NCBI GenBank assembly: GCA_043804515.1 | Contig: JAZDIZ010000104.1 | Coordinates: 1 to 27,831, forward strand | Origin: Pseudomonadota bacterium | GTDB taxonomy: Bacteria > Bdellovibrionota_G > JALEGL01 > DATDPG01 | Length of the DNA: 27,831 bases | Direction: 5' to 3' | Shown here: in pieces, positions 27,113 through 27,831 of the stretch | How positions within the stretch are numbered: the stretch's first letter is position 1 | Layout of the letters: each line of letters opens with the position of its first letter | Position numbers and translations under genes: made by a program | The notes under the pieces: generated by a model | Told to the model about the DNA's origin: nothing | What the model saw: the letters and a program-made list of their open reading frames with translations, nothing else | The model's database searches: none

Positions 27113-27831
27113 ATGGCCGATATCGCACCACAGGGTCCGTCATTAAATGATCTGGAACGCCTGCTGATCCATTTCGTCTTTGAAACGTATCTGGGAGACA
27201 AGTGGAGAGGCGACGACGTTCCGAAGGACCTCTTCCGGTCCTTTGCGGCCCACGCCGAACACTTGTCGGATTCCTTCACGCTGGAGCGGCGGGAATTCAG
27301 GCCCGGGTATCTGAGACTGAGGGAATATCGCTCGGCATATCTTCTCTACTTCCATCTGGCCAGCCTGGTCCGCGCTCTTTCGGTGTTCCGGGAACTTCGA
27401 GTACGGGGTTTGTGGCCGAAAAAGCCCCTTCGCGTTCTGGACGTGGGTTGCGGGTCGGCCCCGTCGGTGTGGGCGGCGGCCCTGGCGTGCGAATCGTTCG
27501 GGGGAAGCCTCGAGAGCGTCGAGGGATGGGACCGGGAAACGGGCATATTGGCGGACAGCAAGCGGCTTTTCGAAAAATTCGCGAAGACGCTTCCCACGCC
27601 CGTGCCGAGACTCCGGACAAGAAAAGTGGACCTGCGCATGAGCCGCGACTGGGAACGGTCCACGGATCGGTTCGATTTGATCATCGTCTCGAACGTTCTC
27701 AATGAATTGGACGAACTGGGTGAAGGAAGAATGGGCGCGGTTCTGTGCGGCCTTCTGGATCGCGTCCTGGAACGGGACGGCAAGCTTGTCGTGATCGAGC
27801 CCGCGCTTCTCCGCGTTTCGCGTAAATTGAC
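27113..27831 (+). CDS. Rsm22/METTL17-family SAM-dependent methyltransferase, 3'-truncated (absent from the ORF track)
   Basis: My translation: MADIAPQG...YRSAYLLYFHLASL...LRVLDVGCGSAP...FDLIIVSNVLNEL...DGKLVVIEPALLRVSRKL. Open to the window end. TGT-TAAAAT extended -10 at 27082-27090. Confidence 0.8.
   Translation, partial: MADIAPQGPSLNDLERLLIHFVFETYLGDKWRGDDVPKDLFRSFAAHAEHLSDSFTLERREFRPGYLRLREYRSAYLLYFHLASLVRALSVFRELRVRGLWPKKPLRVLDVGCGSAPSVWAAALACESFGGSLESVEGWDRETGILADSKRLFEKFAKTLPTPVPRLRTRKVDLRMSRDWERSTDRFDLIIVSNVLNELDELGEGRMGAVLCGLLDRVLERDGKLVVIEPALLRVSRKL

Noticed and set aside
27202..27783. ORF-track calls at the right end (167, 107 and 145 aa)
   Set aside because: They are alternative frames of the methyltransferase that starts at 27113 and runs off the window.
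1..27831. metK, ahcY and the two methyltransferases as a dedicated SAM-cycle cluster
   Set aside because: They are spread over 27 kb in separate transcription units among unrelated core genes, so coincidence is sufficient.

Overview
GC-rich bacterial chromosomal window. Gene content and order suggest a deltaproteobacteria-like lineage (inference). The core backbone runs: 5'-truncated metK, rpsU-dnaG-rpoD, tRNA-Ile2(CAU), C4 zinc-ribbon protein, RNase HI, a redoxin, RNase P RNA, an orphan Cys-rich secreted protein, efp, feoA-feoB-small Cys-rich protein under a Fur-like box, an SDR epimerase, ahcY, two outer-membrane barrel genes, polA and a 3'-truncated Rsm22-like methyltransferase. The most unusual part is an accessory block at about 16.6-24.3 kb. 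It has an ICMT-family methyltransferase divergent from a translationally coupled three-gene operon: a 1069-aa protein made of two tandem [PilZ + GNAT-like] units, a sugar-binding/7TM sensor with two histidine kinase cores around a receiver, and a stand-alone receiver. Other oddities are a ~165-nt multi-branched structured element after metK, a covarying 41-bp inverted repeat pair around the redoxin, an EF-P with Asn at the loop tip, and a polA with no canonical start codon upstream of its conserved N-terminus. All calls come from reading motifs by eye; no database searches were run.
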